A DNA stretch of 64,000 nt from Chloroflexota bacterium. Lineage in GTDB: Bacteria > Chloroflexota > UBA6077 > JAJPHF01. Position numbers and translations under genes: made by a program. Location: positions 1,417 through 65,416 of the forward strand of contig DATGMD010000036.1 of the NCBI GenBank assembly GCA_035293805.1, given 5' to 3'. Of this stretch, positions 30,111 to 39,493 are shown piece by piece; position 1 is the stretch's first letter; each line of letters begins with the position of its first letter. The notes below the pieces were generated by a model. It did no database searches, was not told the DNA's origin, and saw only the letters and a program-made list of their open reading frames with translations.

Positions 30111-30755
30111 ATGAAGCGCGGTGAGGCGCTCGAGGCGATCAAGAACCTGGTCCACGACGAATTCGTCGTGACCACGGCCGGGGGCGCGACGGTGGAGTGG
30201 CACGCCATCCACCCGAGCGACGGCAACCTGCAAGCGAAGACGCTCGGCCTGTGCTCGTCGATTGGGCTAGGCCTGGCGATTGGCCAGCCGGACCGCAAGG
30301 TGATCGTGCTGGACGGCGACGGCGCGCTCTGGATGAACATGAGCAGCCTCGGCACCATCGGCTGGAAGCAGCCGCGCAACCTGGTCCACATCTGCATGGA
30401 CAACGGCGTGTACGAGTCGTCGGGCGGCACGCCCACGGTGACGTCGGCGCGCATGAACTTCGCGGCGCTGGCGCGCGCGGCGGGGATCGAGAGCGCCGTC
30501 GAGGCCAGCACGCCCCAGGACTTCGCGGCGGCCGTCGAGCGCGCGCTGGGGACCGACGGCCCGCACTTCATCTGGTGCCGCATCGAGCAGGGGCGCGCGA
30601 ACGTCCCGCCGTTCCCCTACGACGAGCTAGAGAACAAGTACCGCTTCGTCCGCTTCGTCGAGCGGACGACTGGCAAGCGCATCCTCCAGCAGCCGGTCTC
30701 CCACAGCTACGAGCAGTCGCTACAGAGGTCGCCTGAGGTGGACACGCGGTCCTGA
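30111..30755 (+). CDS. TPP-dependent decarboxylase, beta (PP-binding) subunit
   Basis: 214 aa. LGLCSSIGLGLAIGQPDRKVIVLDGDGALWMNMSSLGT...DNGVYESSGG (the TPP GDG...N motif). It starts 10 nt after the alpha subunit. Confidence 0.75.
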   Translation: MKRGEALEAIKNLVHDEFVVTTAGGATVEWHAIHPSDGNLQAKTLGLCSSIGLGLAIGQPDRKVIVLDGDGALWMNMSSLGTIGWKQPRNLVHICMDNGVYESSGGTPTVTSARMNFAALARAAGIESAVEASTPQDFAAAVERALGTDGPHFIWCRIEQGRANVPPFPYDELENKYRFVRFVERTTGKRILQQPVSHSYEQSLQRSPEVDTRS

Positions 30756-30854
30756 TCGACGACCGGCTGGGCGGGGCACGCATACCTGTCTTGCAGTCCG
30801 ACGGCGGCAACGGTCCGGTGCGCCGACGGAGCGGACGCGGGGAGGAGGGCAGGG

Positions 30855-33230
30855 ATGGCGCTTCTGGTCGCCTGTGGCGCCTGGCTGGCGGGGCTGGGGC
30901 TCGCGCTGTGGCTGGTGGCGCCGAGCCAGGCGGCCGCGGCCGCGCCGCTCGCCTGGGCGGCGCTCGGGCTGCCGCTGCTCGGCGCGGCGGCCCTGGCGCG
31001 GACCTGGCCGCTGCGACTCGTGGCGCTGGCGGCAGCGCTGCTGGCGCTCGGCTGGGCGCGGGGGCTCGGGGCACTGCCGGCGCTGGCCGACGATCCGCTC
31101 GCCGGCGACCACGGGAAGGCGGCGCTCCGCGGCACGGTCGCGGCGGCGGCCGAGCCGGCGGACGACAGCGTGCGCCTGCGCCTGGCGACGACGGCGATCG
31201 AGCGCGAGGGCGGCTGGGAGCCAGTCGACGGACTGGTGCTGGTGCGGCTGCCGCGCACCGCGCCCTACGACTACGGCGACGCGCTGGAGCTGCGGGGCAC
31301 GCTGCGACCGCCGCCGGCCCGCGACAGCGGCTACGGCGCGGCGCTCTGGCGACAGGGCGTGCGCGCCTCGATGGACTTTCCCGCCGGGCGGGCGCTGGCG
31401 GACGAGGGCCGGCCGCAGCCGCAAGCGGCGCTGCACGCGCTGCGCCGCCGGCTAGAGGCGGGGATCGCCGCCGCGCTCCCCGAGCCGCACGCGGGCCTGC
31501 TGGTGGGCGTGCTGCTCGGCGGCAGCGCGACGCTGCCGAGCGACTTCCGCGACGCCATGCGCACGGTCGGGCTCACCCACGTCGTCGCCGTCTCGGGCTT
31601 TAACGTCACGATCGTCGCGGCCGTGCTGGGTGCGCTGGCGGGACGGCTGGCGGGGCGGCGCCTCGGATGGCCGCTCGCGGCCGTCGGCGTGGTGCTGTAC
31701 ACGATCCTGGTGGGCGCGCCGCCATCGGCCACGCGCGCGGCGCTGATGGCGCTGCTCGCGCTCGGCGCCGAGGCCGCGGGCCGTCCGCGCGACGGGCTGG
31801 CGGCGCTCGCGCTGGCGGCGGCGCTGCTGGCCGGCTGGGACCCGCTGCTGCTGGGCGACCTCGGCTTCCAGCTCAGCGTGCTGGCCACGGCGGGGCTGAT
31901 CGTGCTCGGGCCGGCGCTCCAGGCGCGGCTGCGCCCGCTGCCGGCCTGGGCCGCCGAGGGGCTGGGCGCCACGCTGGCCGCGGAGCTGTTCGTGCTGCCG
32001 CTCCAACTTGCCACCTTCCATTACCTGTCGGTCGTGGCGCCGCTCGCCAACCTGCTGGTGGTGCCGCTGCTGCCACCGCTCATGGCGCTCGGGCTCGGCG
32101 TGGCCCTGGTGGGCGCGGTGGCGCCGGGCGTCGCGCCGCTGCTCAGCCTGCCGGTATGGGGGTACCTCGAGCTGATCGTGCGCGCGGTGCAGGCGCTGGC
32201 GGCGCTGCCGGGCGCGCGGTTCGAGGCCGGCGCGCTGCCGCCGCTGCTCGGCGCGGCGTACGGGGCGGCGCTCGCCGCGCTCGCGCTCGCGGCCACCCCG
32301 GAGGCGGCAGACGCGCGCGCCTGGCAGCGCCGCGCGCGCGCGGCGCTGCCGCACCGCGCCGCGGCGCTGGGCGTAGCGGCGCTGGTGGCGCTGGCGGTCG
32401 GCGTGCTGGGCACGCTGGCGGTGGCCGGCGCCGGGCCGTCCGATGGGCGCCTGCGCGTCGCGGTGCTGGACGTGGGCCAGGGCGATGCGACCCTCGTGCG
32501 CACGCCGAGCGGCCGGCTGCTGCTGGTGGACGGCGGCCCCAGCCCTGCCAGCCTGATGGCCCACCTGGGCAGCCGCCTGGGCCTGGCCGAGCGGCGCCTG
32601 GACCTGGTGGCGCTCACGCACCCGCACGAGGACCACGTGGCGGGGCTGATGGAGGCGGTGACGCGCTACACGGTAGGGCAGGTGATCGAGGGCGCGGCCG
32701 ACTACCCGAGCGCGGCCACTGAGCGCTGGCACGCGCTGCTGCGGGAGCGGGCGGTGCCGCTGAGCGTCGGCGCCAGCGGCCAACAGTGGCAGCTCGACGA
32801 CGACGTGCTGCTCGACGTATGGGCGGTGCCCGCGGTGCCGGGCAGCCGCGCCGATCGGCTGGAGCCGGCGGGCGCGCTGGTGCTGCGCCTGCGCTACGGG
32901 GCGACGAGCTTGCTGCTGCCCGGCGACCTGGTGGCGGAGCAAGGCGAGCGCATCGTGACGGCCGGCGGCGACCTGCGGGCGACGGCGCTGCTGGTGCCGC
33001 ACCACGGCAGCGCCGCCGGGCTGGAGGAGGGCCTGCTGGGGGCCATCAGCCCGACGCTGGCCGTCGTCTCGAACGGCGAGCGCAACCGCTTCGGCCACCC
33101 CGCGCCGCGTACGCTGGCGCTGCTCGCGGCCCACGACGTGCCCCTCTGGCGCACCGACCGCGACGGCACGATCGAGCTGATCTCCGACGGCGCCGCCTGG
33201 ACGGTCCAGCCCGCCGGCAAGGGGCGGTAG
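30855..33230 (+). CDS. comEC: ComEC/Rec2 DNA internalisation channel with C-terminal metallo-beta-lactamase domain
   Basis: 791 aa. Polytopic membrane core (HVVAVSGFNVTIV), then VAVLDVGQGDATLV...LTHPHEDHVAGL...VPHHGS. Confidence 0.9.
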   Translation: MALLVACGAWLAGLGLALWLVAPSQAAAAAPLAWAALGLPLLGAAALARTWPLRLVALAAALLALGWARGLGALPALADDPLAGDHGKAALRGTVAAAAEPADDSVRLRLATTAIEREGGWEPVDGLVLVRLPRTAPYDYGDALELRGTLRPPPARDSGYGAALWRQGVRASMDFPAGRALADEGRPQPQAALHALRRRLEAGIAAALPEPHAGLLVGVLLGGSATLPSDFRDAMRTVGLTHVVAVSGFNVTIVAAVLGALAGRLAGRRLGWPLAAVGVVLYTILVGAPPSATRAALMALLALGAEAAGRPRDGLAALALAAALLAGWDPLLLGDLGFQLSVLATAGLIVLGPALQARLRPLPAWAAEGLGATLAAELFVLPLQLATFHYLSVVAPLANLLVVPLLPPLMALGLGVALVGAVAPGVAPLLSLPVWGYLELIVRAVQALAALPGARFEAGALPPLLGAAYGAALAALALAATPEAADARAWQRRARAALPHRAAALGVAALVALAVGVLGTLAVAGAGPSDGRLRVAVLDVGQGDATLVRTPSGRLLLVDGGPSPASLMAHLGSRLGLAERRLDLVALTHPHEDHVAGLMEAVTRYTVGQVIEGAADYPSAATERWHALLRERAVPLSVGASGQQWQLDDDVLLDVWAVPAVPGSRADRLEPAGALVLRLRYGATSLLLPGDLVAEQGERIVTAGGDLRATALLVPHHGSAAGLEEGLLGAISPTLAVVSNGERNRFGHPAPRTLALLAAHDVPLWRTDRDGTIELISDGAAWTVQPAGKGR

Positions 33231-33356
33231 GCCGCGACACGCCGCCGTTCTATACTGCACTCAGAACGCGGCGTGGCCAAGTCGGCGAATAGGCGATTAG
33301 GTATGGCGTTCCGCCCCCTGGGCATCGGCTGCGGGGCTTGTTCGCATGCGGAGGCG

Positions 33357-33932
33357 ATGGTGAGCGCGGTTGAATTGCGGCGCTGGACACGCGAGGAATA
33401 CGAGCGCCTGGCCGACCTCGGCCTGCTGCATCCCGACGAGCGGGTGGAGCTGATCGAAGGAGAGATCGTCAAGGTGCCACCACAGCTCAGCCGCCACGCG
33501 ACCGGCGTATGCTTGGCCGGCGATGCCCTTCGTGCTGTATTCGGAGAGGGTTACACGGTCCGAGTGCAACTGCCGCTGGCGCTAGGACAGTACTCGGAGC
33601 CCGAGCCGGACGCGGCGGTCGTCGTTGGCGACGTACGGGACTTCGTTGCTGCCCACCCTACGTCGGCGGTGCTGGTCGTGGAGGTGTCGGACACGACGCT
33701 GAGCTTCGACCGCGACGCGAAAGGCAGCCTGTACGCGGCGGCAGGCATTCCGGAGTATTGGATCGTCAATCTGGTCGACTATTGGCTCGAAGTGTATCGC
33801 GAGCCAAGCGCGATCCCCGGCGCGCGGTACGGCTCCGGCTATCGCTCGCGCGTCATCGCCCTACCGGGTGAGAACGTGGACGCGCCGGCTCTCGCGGGCA
33901 GCCGCGTCGCGGTGGACGATCTCCTGCCGTAA
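33357..33932 (+). CDS. Uma2 (DUF820) family endonuclease
   Basis: Same frame as ORF 33273..33932. ATG 33357 follows GGAGG and gives MVSAVELRRWTREEYERLADLGLL...ELIEGEIV...VLVVEVSDTTLSFDRDAKGSLYAAAGIPEYWIVNL. Confidence 0.85.
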   Translation: MVSAVELRRWTREEYERLADLGLLHPDERVELIEGEIVKVPPQLSRHATGVCLAGDALRAVFGEGYTVRVQLPLALGQYSEPEPDAAVVVGDVRDFVAAHPTSAVLVVEVSDTTLSFDRDAKGSLYAAAGIPEYWIVNLVDYWLEVYREPSAIPGARYGSGYRSRVIALPGENVDAPALAGSRVAVDDLLP

Positions 33933-34261
33933 CTGCTCTCGCGGCCCTCGCATCAGGGCCAGGCGCGCTTCCCGCGGCGCGCACCACAGCCGCCTCGCGA
34001 TAGCTAACCCCGACCTGCATCTAGGGTGCACCAATCTCTCCCCACCACGGTAAGACCCCACCCACCGGACGGCCCGGTTGACGACCGCATGCGCTGCCGA
34101 GCCGGGCCGCCGGGGGGTAGCCCCCACTGGACTCGGGGGCGGGGGGCGCGCAAGTTAGGGGCGCATCCTCTGATCGGCAAGGCGGGTCCGGCTCGACAAT
34201 AGGGTCGAGCGCAGGGGCGGCAAGGCCGCCAGACCGGAGGGCCTGCGCCAGAGAGGACGAG

Positions 34262-34927
34262 ATGTTCCCGCATCGCGCGTTCCCGCGCCGCCTGGTCCAG
34301 CACGCGCTGATCATTGGCGCCGTCGCCGCGGCGGTCGTGCTGGCAGCCAGCGGCACCGCCTTCGCGCAGTCGCCGCCCACGTCGGATACCGGCCCCCGCT
34401 TCGGCCAGTGGGGGCCGGGACAGGCCGCACCCGCGCCCGAGGGGCCGGCGGGCGGCGACGTTGCCCCGAACGCCGCGCCCGGCACGCAGGGTGACGCGCG
34501 CCCGGGGCCGTCCGCGGCGCCGGCCCCCGGCTACGCGCCCGGCCTGCCGCCCGCGCCCGACCGTTGGGGGGGCTGCAACTACGACTTGCGCGGCACCTGG
34601 CAGATCGTCGGGCGCCAGACGGACCCCTACGGCTTCAACTACCAGGCACAGATCAACGTGCGGCAGTATCGCAACTGGCTGCAGATCGACCAGCCCAGCG
34701 ACAACCTGAGCTATTACGGCATCTGCCGCGGCGACGACATCCAGCTCGACGTCTACGCGAACGGCAGCTTCGTGGGCTACGAGGACGGCACGGTAAGCTG
34801 GGGCCGCGCCAGCCGGTCGCCCTGGAACAGCAACCCGTGGGCGCCCAACAGCGGCCGCGTGCGCGCGAGCTGGACGAGCTTCGCGGCCGGGTACGCTACC
34901 GGCAACGAGACGTGGCACCGGTGGTAG
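34262..34927 (+). CDS. Secreted hypothetical protein (paralogue A)
   Basis: 221 aa. Signal peptide, low-complexity Pro/Ala/Gly linker, then a C-terminal domain CNYDLRGTWQIVGRQTDP...SYYGICRGDDIQLDVY shared with 35034..35723. Confidence 0.6.
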   Translation: MFPHRAFPRRLVQHALIIGAVAAAVVLAASGTAFAQSPPTSDTGPRFGQWGPGQAAPAPEGPAGGDVAPNAAPGTQGDARPGPSAAPAPGYAPGLPPAPDRWGGCNYDLRGTWQIVGRQTDPYGFNYQAQINVRQYRNWLQIDQPSDNLSYYGICRGDDIQLDVYANGSFVGYEDGTVSWGRASRSPWNSNPWAPNSGRVRASWTSFAAGYATGNETWHRW

Positions 34928-35033
34928 GCGCGCGGCGCGGCGGCCGGGCGCGGATGGCTGGCGCCGTCCGCGCCCGGTCGCTATGCTTGGCATGCGCGCG
35001 CACGAGCGACTAGCATCTAGCTAAGGAAGATGG

Positions 35034-35723
35034 ATGGTGCGCATGGGGTCCCGAGCGATCAACCGCAGGGGGCGAGCGCGCGTGAGACACCGCGGAGCAG
35101 CGAGCGGCGGCCGGGCGCGCCGCGCGGCGCGCGGGCTGGCACTGGCGCTCGGGCTGTTCGTCATCGTGAGCGGCACCGGGCGGGCACAGGTCTATGCCGC
35201 CGACGGCGAATCGACGTTCGCGCAGACGACGGCTCCCACGAGCAGTGCCGCCGCTCCGGCGGCAGCCCCCGCCACAACCGCCGCGCCGGCCCTGGGGGCG
35301 CCGCGCTTCCCCAACCTCGGCCCCTCGCAGCCGGCACCCGACACGGAAGGGCCGGCGCGGGCGAACTCGCCGTTGCCGCCCGGCCGCACGCAGCGCTGCC
35401 GCTGGGACCTGGCGGGGACCTGGGAGGGCCGCGGCCAGCAGACCGATCCGAGCAGCAATAGCTACGCCACGCGGCTGGTGGTGCAGCAGTACGGCAACTA
35501 CCTAGCCGCCCAGCAAGCCAGCGACGGCATCAGCTACTACGGCGTGTGTACGGGCGACCGCGTGGAGCTGGATGCTTACAGCAGCGACGGCACCTACATC
35601 GGCGTGCAGACCGGCACCGTGGACAACAGCGGCCGACGCATCGAGTCGACCTGGGTCCTGTATCGCCCCGACTACGCGGCCGGCTACGAGACGCTGACGG
35701 CGGCCGGGCGCCCGTCGCACTAG
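35034..35723 (+). CDS. Secreted hypothetical protein (paralogue B)
   Basis: 229 aa. Signal-like LALALGLFVIVSGTGRAQV, a linker, then CRWDLAGTWEGRGQQTDP...SYYGVCTGDRVELDAY. Its stop is 3 nt before the kinase ATG. Confidence 0.6.
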   Translation: MVRMGSRAINRRGRARVRHRGAASGGRARRAARGLALALGLFVIVSGTGRAQVYAADGESTFAQTTAPTSSAAAPAAAPATTAAPALGAPRFPNLGPSQPAPDTEGPARANSPLPPGRTQRCRWDLAGTWEGRGQQTDPSSNSYATRLVVQQYGNYLAAQQASDGISYYGVCTGDRVELDAYSSDGTYIGVQTGTVDNSGRRIESTWVLYRPDYAAGYETLTAAGRPSH

Positions 35724-35726
35724 ACC

Positions 35727-37061
35727 ATGCCGGCTCGTCAGCGCTCGCCGATCCCCGTGCTCGCCGGCGCCTTCGCCGCGATCCTGCTCGTGCTCGGCTT
35801 GATGGTCGTGGCCAGCGCCCTCGCGGGCCGCGCATTGGTCAGCCGCTACGAGACCGAGGTGCGCCTAGCCGAGCTAGCCTTTGAGGCCGACCGCCTCCAG
35901 ACGCGCGTTAGCGAGCAAGCCAATACCTACCAGGACTTCCTCCGCACGCCCGCGCCAATCCGCTTGCAGCTCTACCGCGCCGCCCACCAGGCCGTCTTCG
36001 ACCAGCTCGTCAGCATGCGCCAGGCCGCGCCCGTGCGCGCCGAGCTGACGGCCGCCCTGGACAACATCGCCGCGGTGGGAACGCGCTGGGACGCGGAGCT
36101 GGGGGAGAGCGCGCGCTTAAGCGCCGGTCCGCCGTCCCCCGAGGCGGCCGCCGAGCTGAGCGGCCGCGCCGACGCGCTGGCGGGCGAGTACGGCGACGCG
36201 ATCCGTGCCTACCAGGAGCAGCTCGACAACGTGCGCACCGCGAACCGCGAGACGGGCCAGGCGGCGGTCGACCAGTTTCAGCTCGTGGTCCGCCTGGGAG
36301 GCCTAATCGGCGGGTTACTGGTGGTGGGCGTGGGGCTGGTCACGGCCCTAACCATCCGCCGCTCGGTTGAGGAGCTAGCGGCGTCGCGGCGGGCCATCGT
36401 GCACGCGCAGGAGACGGTGCGGCGCGACGTGGCCGAGCGGCTGCACGGCGAGGTGCAGGGCAAGCTGCTGGCGCTGGAGCTGCAGCTGCGGCAGGCGGCG
36501 GACACCATCCCGCGCGATCCAGCGGGCGCCGTGGCCGAGGTGCGCTCCGTCGTCGGGCGGCTAGAGGCGGTGCGCGAGACCACCCGCGCCGTGAGCCATC
36601 AGCTCCACCCCGCTATCTTGCGCATGGGGCTGCCCGCGGCGCTCCGCTCACTGCGTGACTCGCTGGAGCCCGCTGTCACGGTCGAGCTGGACGTGGCGCC
36701 CGAGGTGGAGGCGCGCGAGCTGCGGCGCTCGTTCGGCGTGGCCGCCGACCACGCACCCCCGCCGCTGCCCGAGGACGTGCGGCTGGCGCTCTACCGGCTA
36801 GTGCAGGAGGGCGTGAACAACGCCGTGCATCACGGCGGGGTGGCCGAGGTGGCGGTGCGGCTCTGGTCGCCACGTCCCGACCAGCTCGCGGTGAGCGTCG
36901 AGGACCACGGGCAGGGCTTTGGCCGCGCGCGCCCCACGGGCCTGGGGCTGGCAAGCCTGCGCGGCGCGATGGAGGCGCTCGGCGGCCGGCTGGAGGTGGC
37001 GAGCGGGCCGGCGAGCGGTACGCGCGTGCTCGCCGTCGTGCCGCTGAACGGGCAAGAGTAA
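35727..37061 (+). CDS. Sensor histidine kinase (HisKA_3 / NarL-partner type), no response regulator adjacent
   Basis: 444 aa. Two TM segments, H-box ERLHGEVQGKLLAL / SHQLHP, and an HATPase region LVQEGVNNAVHHG...DHGQGF...GLGLASL. Confidence 0.85.
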   Translation: MPARQRSPIPVLAGAFAAILLVLGLMVVASALAGRALVSRYETEVRLAELAFEADRLQTRVSEQANTYQDFLRTPAPIRLQLYRAAHQAVFDQLVSMRQAAPVRAELTAALDNIAAVGTRWDAELGESARLSAGPPSPEAAAELSGRADALAGEYGDAIRAYQEQLDNVRTANRETGQAAVDQFQLVVRLGGLIGGLLVVGVGLVTALTIRRSVEELAASRRAIVHAQETVRRDVAERLHGEVQGKLLALELQLRQAADTIPRDPAGAVAEVRSVVGRLEAVRETTRAVSHQLHPAILRMGLPAALRSLRDSLEPAVTVELDVAPEVEARELRRSFGVAADHAPPPLPEDVRLALYRLVQEGVNNAVHHGGVAEVAVRLWSPRPDQLAVSVEDHGQGFGRARPTGLGLASLRGAMEALGGRLEVASGPASGTRVLAVVPLNGQE

Positions 37062-37102
37062 ACTCGCTATCCGGAGCTGCCCGTCTCTCCAGGCGGCCAT
37101 GT

Positions 37103-37318
37103 TCAGGCGGGGCCGAGGTTCCCTGCTTGGTCCGCCCGCACGGCGAGCGTGATGTGGTCCTCGATCACCCCGTGCACCGCGCGCCGCGGCACCCAAATGT
37201 CGCGCTTCAGGGTGCGATCGATCCAGAGGGCATCCGCCGTCACTTCCTTCACTCGGCCAACGAAGAGGCCATCGCTGCCGAAGACCTCCATGCCAACGCG
37301 GATGGGCTGCTCTGCCAT
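37103..37318 (-). CDS. DUF2171/PRC-barrel-like small protein
   Basis: 71 aa. MAEQPIRVGMEVFGSDGLFVGRVKEVTADALWIDR pattern. Confidence 0.6.
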   Translation of the reverse strand: MAEQPIRVGMEVFGSDGLFVGRVKEVTADALWIDRTLKRDIWVPRRAVHGVIEDHITLAVRADQAGNLGPA

Positions 37319-37464
37319 CTGCTCCGCCCCTGGGACCGCCGCACCGCGCGCCGCGGCCTCCGGATTGTCCCGCTCGTCCCGCCGCTATGCTACGCTTTCC
37401 GGTACGCGGTAACCAGTCAGCGCCTGGCTTCGCTCGGCCAGCCCGCGGTCCGGGGGTACAGCGC

Positions 37465-37989
37465 ATGGACGACCTGCTGACGCTCGCGGTGCCCGTCTGG
37501 AATCTCGCCCTGCGCTGCGTCGTCATCTATGGCGCGCTCTTGGTCGGGCTACGCCTCACGGGTAAACGGGAGCTGGGCCAGTTCACGGTCTTCGACCTCG
37601 TGCTCGTCTTGCTCGTCGCCAACGCGGTGCAGCCGGCTATGACCGGGCCCGACAGCTCGCTGGTTGGGGGGCTCGTCATCATCGTGGTCTTGCTGGCGGT
37701 GAACGCCCTGGTGGGACAGCTGCGGCTGCGGAGCCCGCGCCTCAACGCGCTGCTCCGCGGTCACCCGGCCGTGCTCGTCGAAGACGGACACTGGCTCGAC
37801 GCCGCCCTCCGCCATGAGGGGGTGGACCGGGAGGACGTTCTTATGGCCATCCGCGAGCACGGGGTAGATAGCGTAGAGGACGTGAAGCTCGCCGTCTTGG
37901 AGCTCGACGGGACGGTTAGCGTGGTCCCGAAGGATAGCCCCACGATCCGAACGCGCCGGCGGGTGCGCTACGCGCGGCACGGACTGTGA
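37465..37989 (+). CDS. DUF421 (YetF-like) membrane protein
   Basis: Same frame as ORF 37387..37989. ATG 37465 gives MDDLLTL...LTGKRELGQFTVFDLVLVLLVANAVQ...VEDVKLAVLELDGTVSV. Confidence 0.8.
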   Translation: MDDLLTLAVPVWNLALRCVVIYGALLVGLRLTGKRELGQFTVFDLVLVLLVANAVQPAMTGPDSSLVGGLVIIVVLLAVNALVGQLRLRSPRLNALLRGHPAVLVEDGHWLDAALRHEGVDREDVLMAIREHGVDSVEDVKLAVLELDGTVSVVPKDSPTIRTRRRVRYARHGL

Positions 37990-38062
37990 GCGGCTAGGGA
38001 GCGGTTCAACTGCCCCGGCCGGCGAGACATTCGCCCCGGCGGTCCATGGAGCGGAGGGTGTC

Positions 38063-38545
38063 ATGACGAAGGCGACGTTGCGCTGGCTGGTGCTGCTCCT
38101 GATGTTGGGCGGGCTCGTCCTGCACGGCCCTAGCCCGGCTCGGGCGGCGGACGACGACTGTAGCGGGGTGAGCGACTGGGTGGATTACCTCTACCAGATG
38201 CGTGATCAGGCGGATGATCTCTCGCAGCGCGAGGCGGATTTGAGCCGTGACGACGGCCTGACTACCGAGGAGCTGGCCGCGGGGCTGGCCGCGGTCGCGA
38301 ACGACCGCGAGGCGCTCAGCGAAGAGTTCCAGCAGCATCCCGTCCCGCCGGCGGCCGAGGCGGTCCAGACCGCCTACGCGCTCGCCTGGGAGCTAGACGG
38401 GCTCGTCGGCAACGCTTATCTGCGCGCGGTGCGATCGGACGACGAGCGCCTGCGCGGGCTGGCGGATGGCTACTCGGAGGCGAGCGGGACAATTACCACC
38501 CGGGCGGCCCAGCTCTTGGACCAGCTCCTGGAGCGCTGCCGCTAG
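38063..38545 (+). CDS. Secreted hypothetical protein
   Basis: 160 aa. Signal peptide MTKATLRWLVLLLMLGGLVLHGPSPARA, helical acidic body. No family recognised. Confidence 0.5.
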   Translation: MTKATLRWLVLLLMLGGLVLHGPSPARAADDDCSGVSDWVDYLYQMRDQADDLSQREADLSRDDGLTTEELAAGLAAVANDREALSEEFQQHPVPPAAEAVQTAYALAWELDGLVGNAYLRAVRSDDERLRGLADGYSEASGTITTRAAQLLDQLLERCR

Positions 38546-38594
38546 CCGGCCGTCGCGAGCAGTTGACACGGGTTGCGACCTCGCGCGTGGTTCC

Positions 38595-39029
38595 ATGGCA
38601 CCGTTCATGCCCAAGAGGGCTGTCCCCGGGCGGCTATCATCCATAGACTGCCTGGCAAGGGCCAGCGAGAGGAGCCAGCAGGCGGTGTTCGGCGAACTGG
38701 CGCTCCGCTTCGTGATCGGGGGCCTCGTCGTCTCCGGCTTTGCGGTCCTCGGCGAGATGCTGACGCCCAAGCGGTTTGCGGGTATCTTCGGGGCCGCCCC
38801 GTCCGTCGCGCTGGCCACCCTGGGCATGGCCTTCGTCACGCAGAGCGGGGAGTACGTCTCGGCCGAAGGGCGCTCCATGATGGCCGGCGCGGTTGCCTTC
38901 TGTCTCTACAGTCTGGTGGCCCGGCGCTTGTTGGTGGCTCATGGGGCGCCAGCGTTGGCGGCCGCCAGCTTCCTCTGGGCGGTCTGGCTGGCCGTGGCCG
39001 TTGCGCTGTGGGGAGTCTTCCTGCGGTGA
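38595..39029 (+). CDS. DUF3147-like small membrane protein
   Basis: Same frame as ORF 38466..39029. FGELALRFVIGGLVVSGFAVLGEMLTPKRFAGIFGAAPSVALATLG. The start is uncertain (ATG 38595 or downstream). Confidence 0.6.
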   Translation: MAPFMPKRAVPGRLSSIDCLARASERSQQAVFGELALRFVIGGLVVSGFAVLGEMLTPKRFAGIFGAAPSVALATLGMAFVTQSGEYVSAEGRSMMAGAVAFCLYSLVARRLLVAHGAPALAAASFLWAVWLAVAVALWGVFLR

Positions 39030-39448
39030 AGCTGCTGGCGGGCGTAGGGCTGGATCCGGGGCGAGCCGGCCGCACATCGTGGCGGGCGTATGCCGTTCGC
39101 TTCGTATTCGGCGGCGTCGTGACGGCGTGCACCGGCCTCGTGGCCCACGCGTTCGGGCCGGCGGTGGGCGGGCTCTTTCTCGCGTTCCCCGCCATCCTGC
39201 CCGCCAGTATCACCCTCATCGAAGATCGGGAGGGGAAGCGGAGCGCCGCGGACGACTGCGCGGGCGCCGTGCTGGGCAGCGTCGGTCTGCTCGCCTTCGG
39301 CGCTGTCGTCTGGGCGCTCGCGCCACGCCTTGCCGCGTGGCAAGTCCTCGGCTGCGCCACCGTCGCGTGGCTCGCCGTCGCGGTGGCGCTCTGGCGCCTG
39401 CTGGCGGCAGTCACCGGCGAGCAGACCGACGGGGGACAGTCGGATTGA
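39026..39448 (+). CDS. DUF3147-like small membrane protein (second copy)
   Basis: GTG 39026 overlaps the upstream stop (GTGA). Same frame as ORF 38573..39448. YAVRFVFGGVVTACTGLVAHAFGPAVGGLFLAFPAILPASITL. Confidence 0.6.
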   Translation: MKLLAGVGLDPGRAGRTSWRAYAVRFVFGGVVTACTGLVAHAFGPAVGGLFLAFPAILPASITLIEDREGKRSAADDCAGAVLGSVGLLAFGAVVWALAPRLAAWQVLGCATVAWLAVAVALWRLLAAVTGEQTDGGQSD

Positions 39449-39493
39449 CCCGAGCGAGCGGCGACGCGATTTGCTCCCGGTGGCTGCTCGGCG

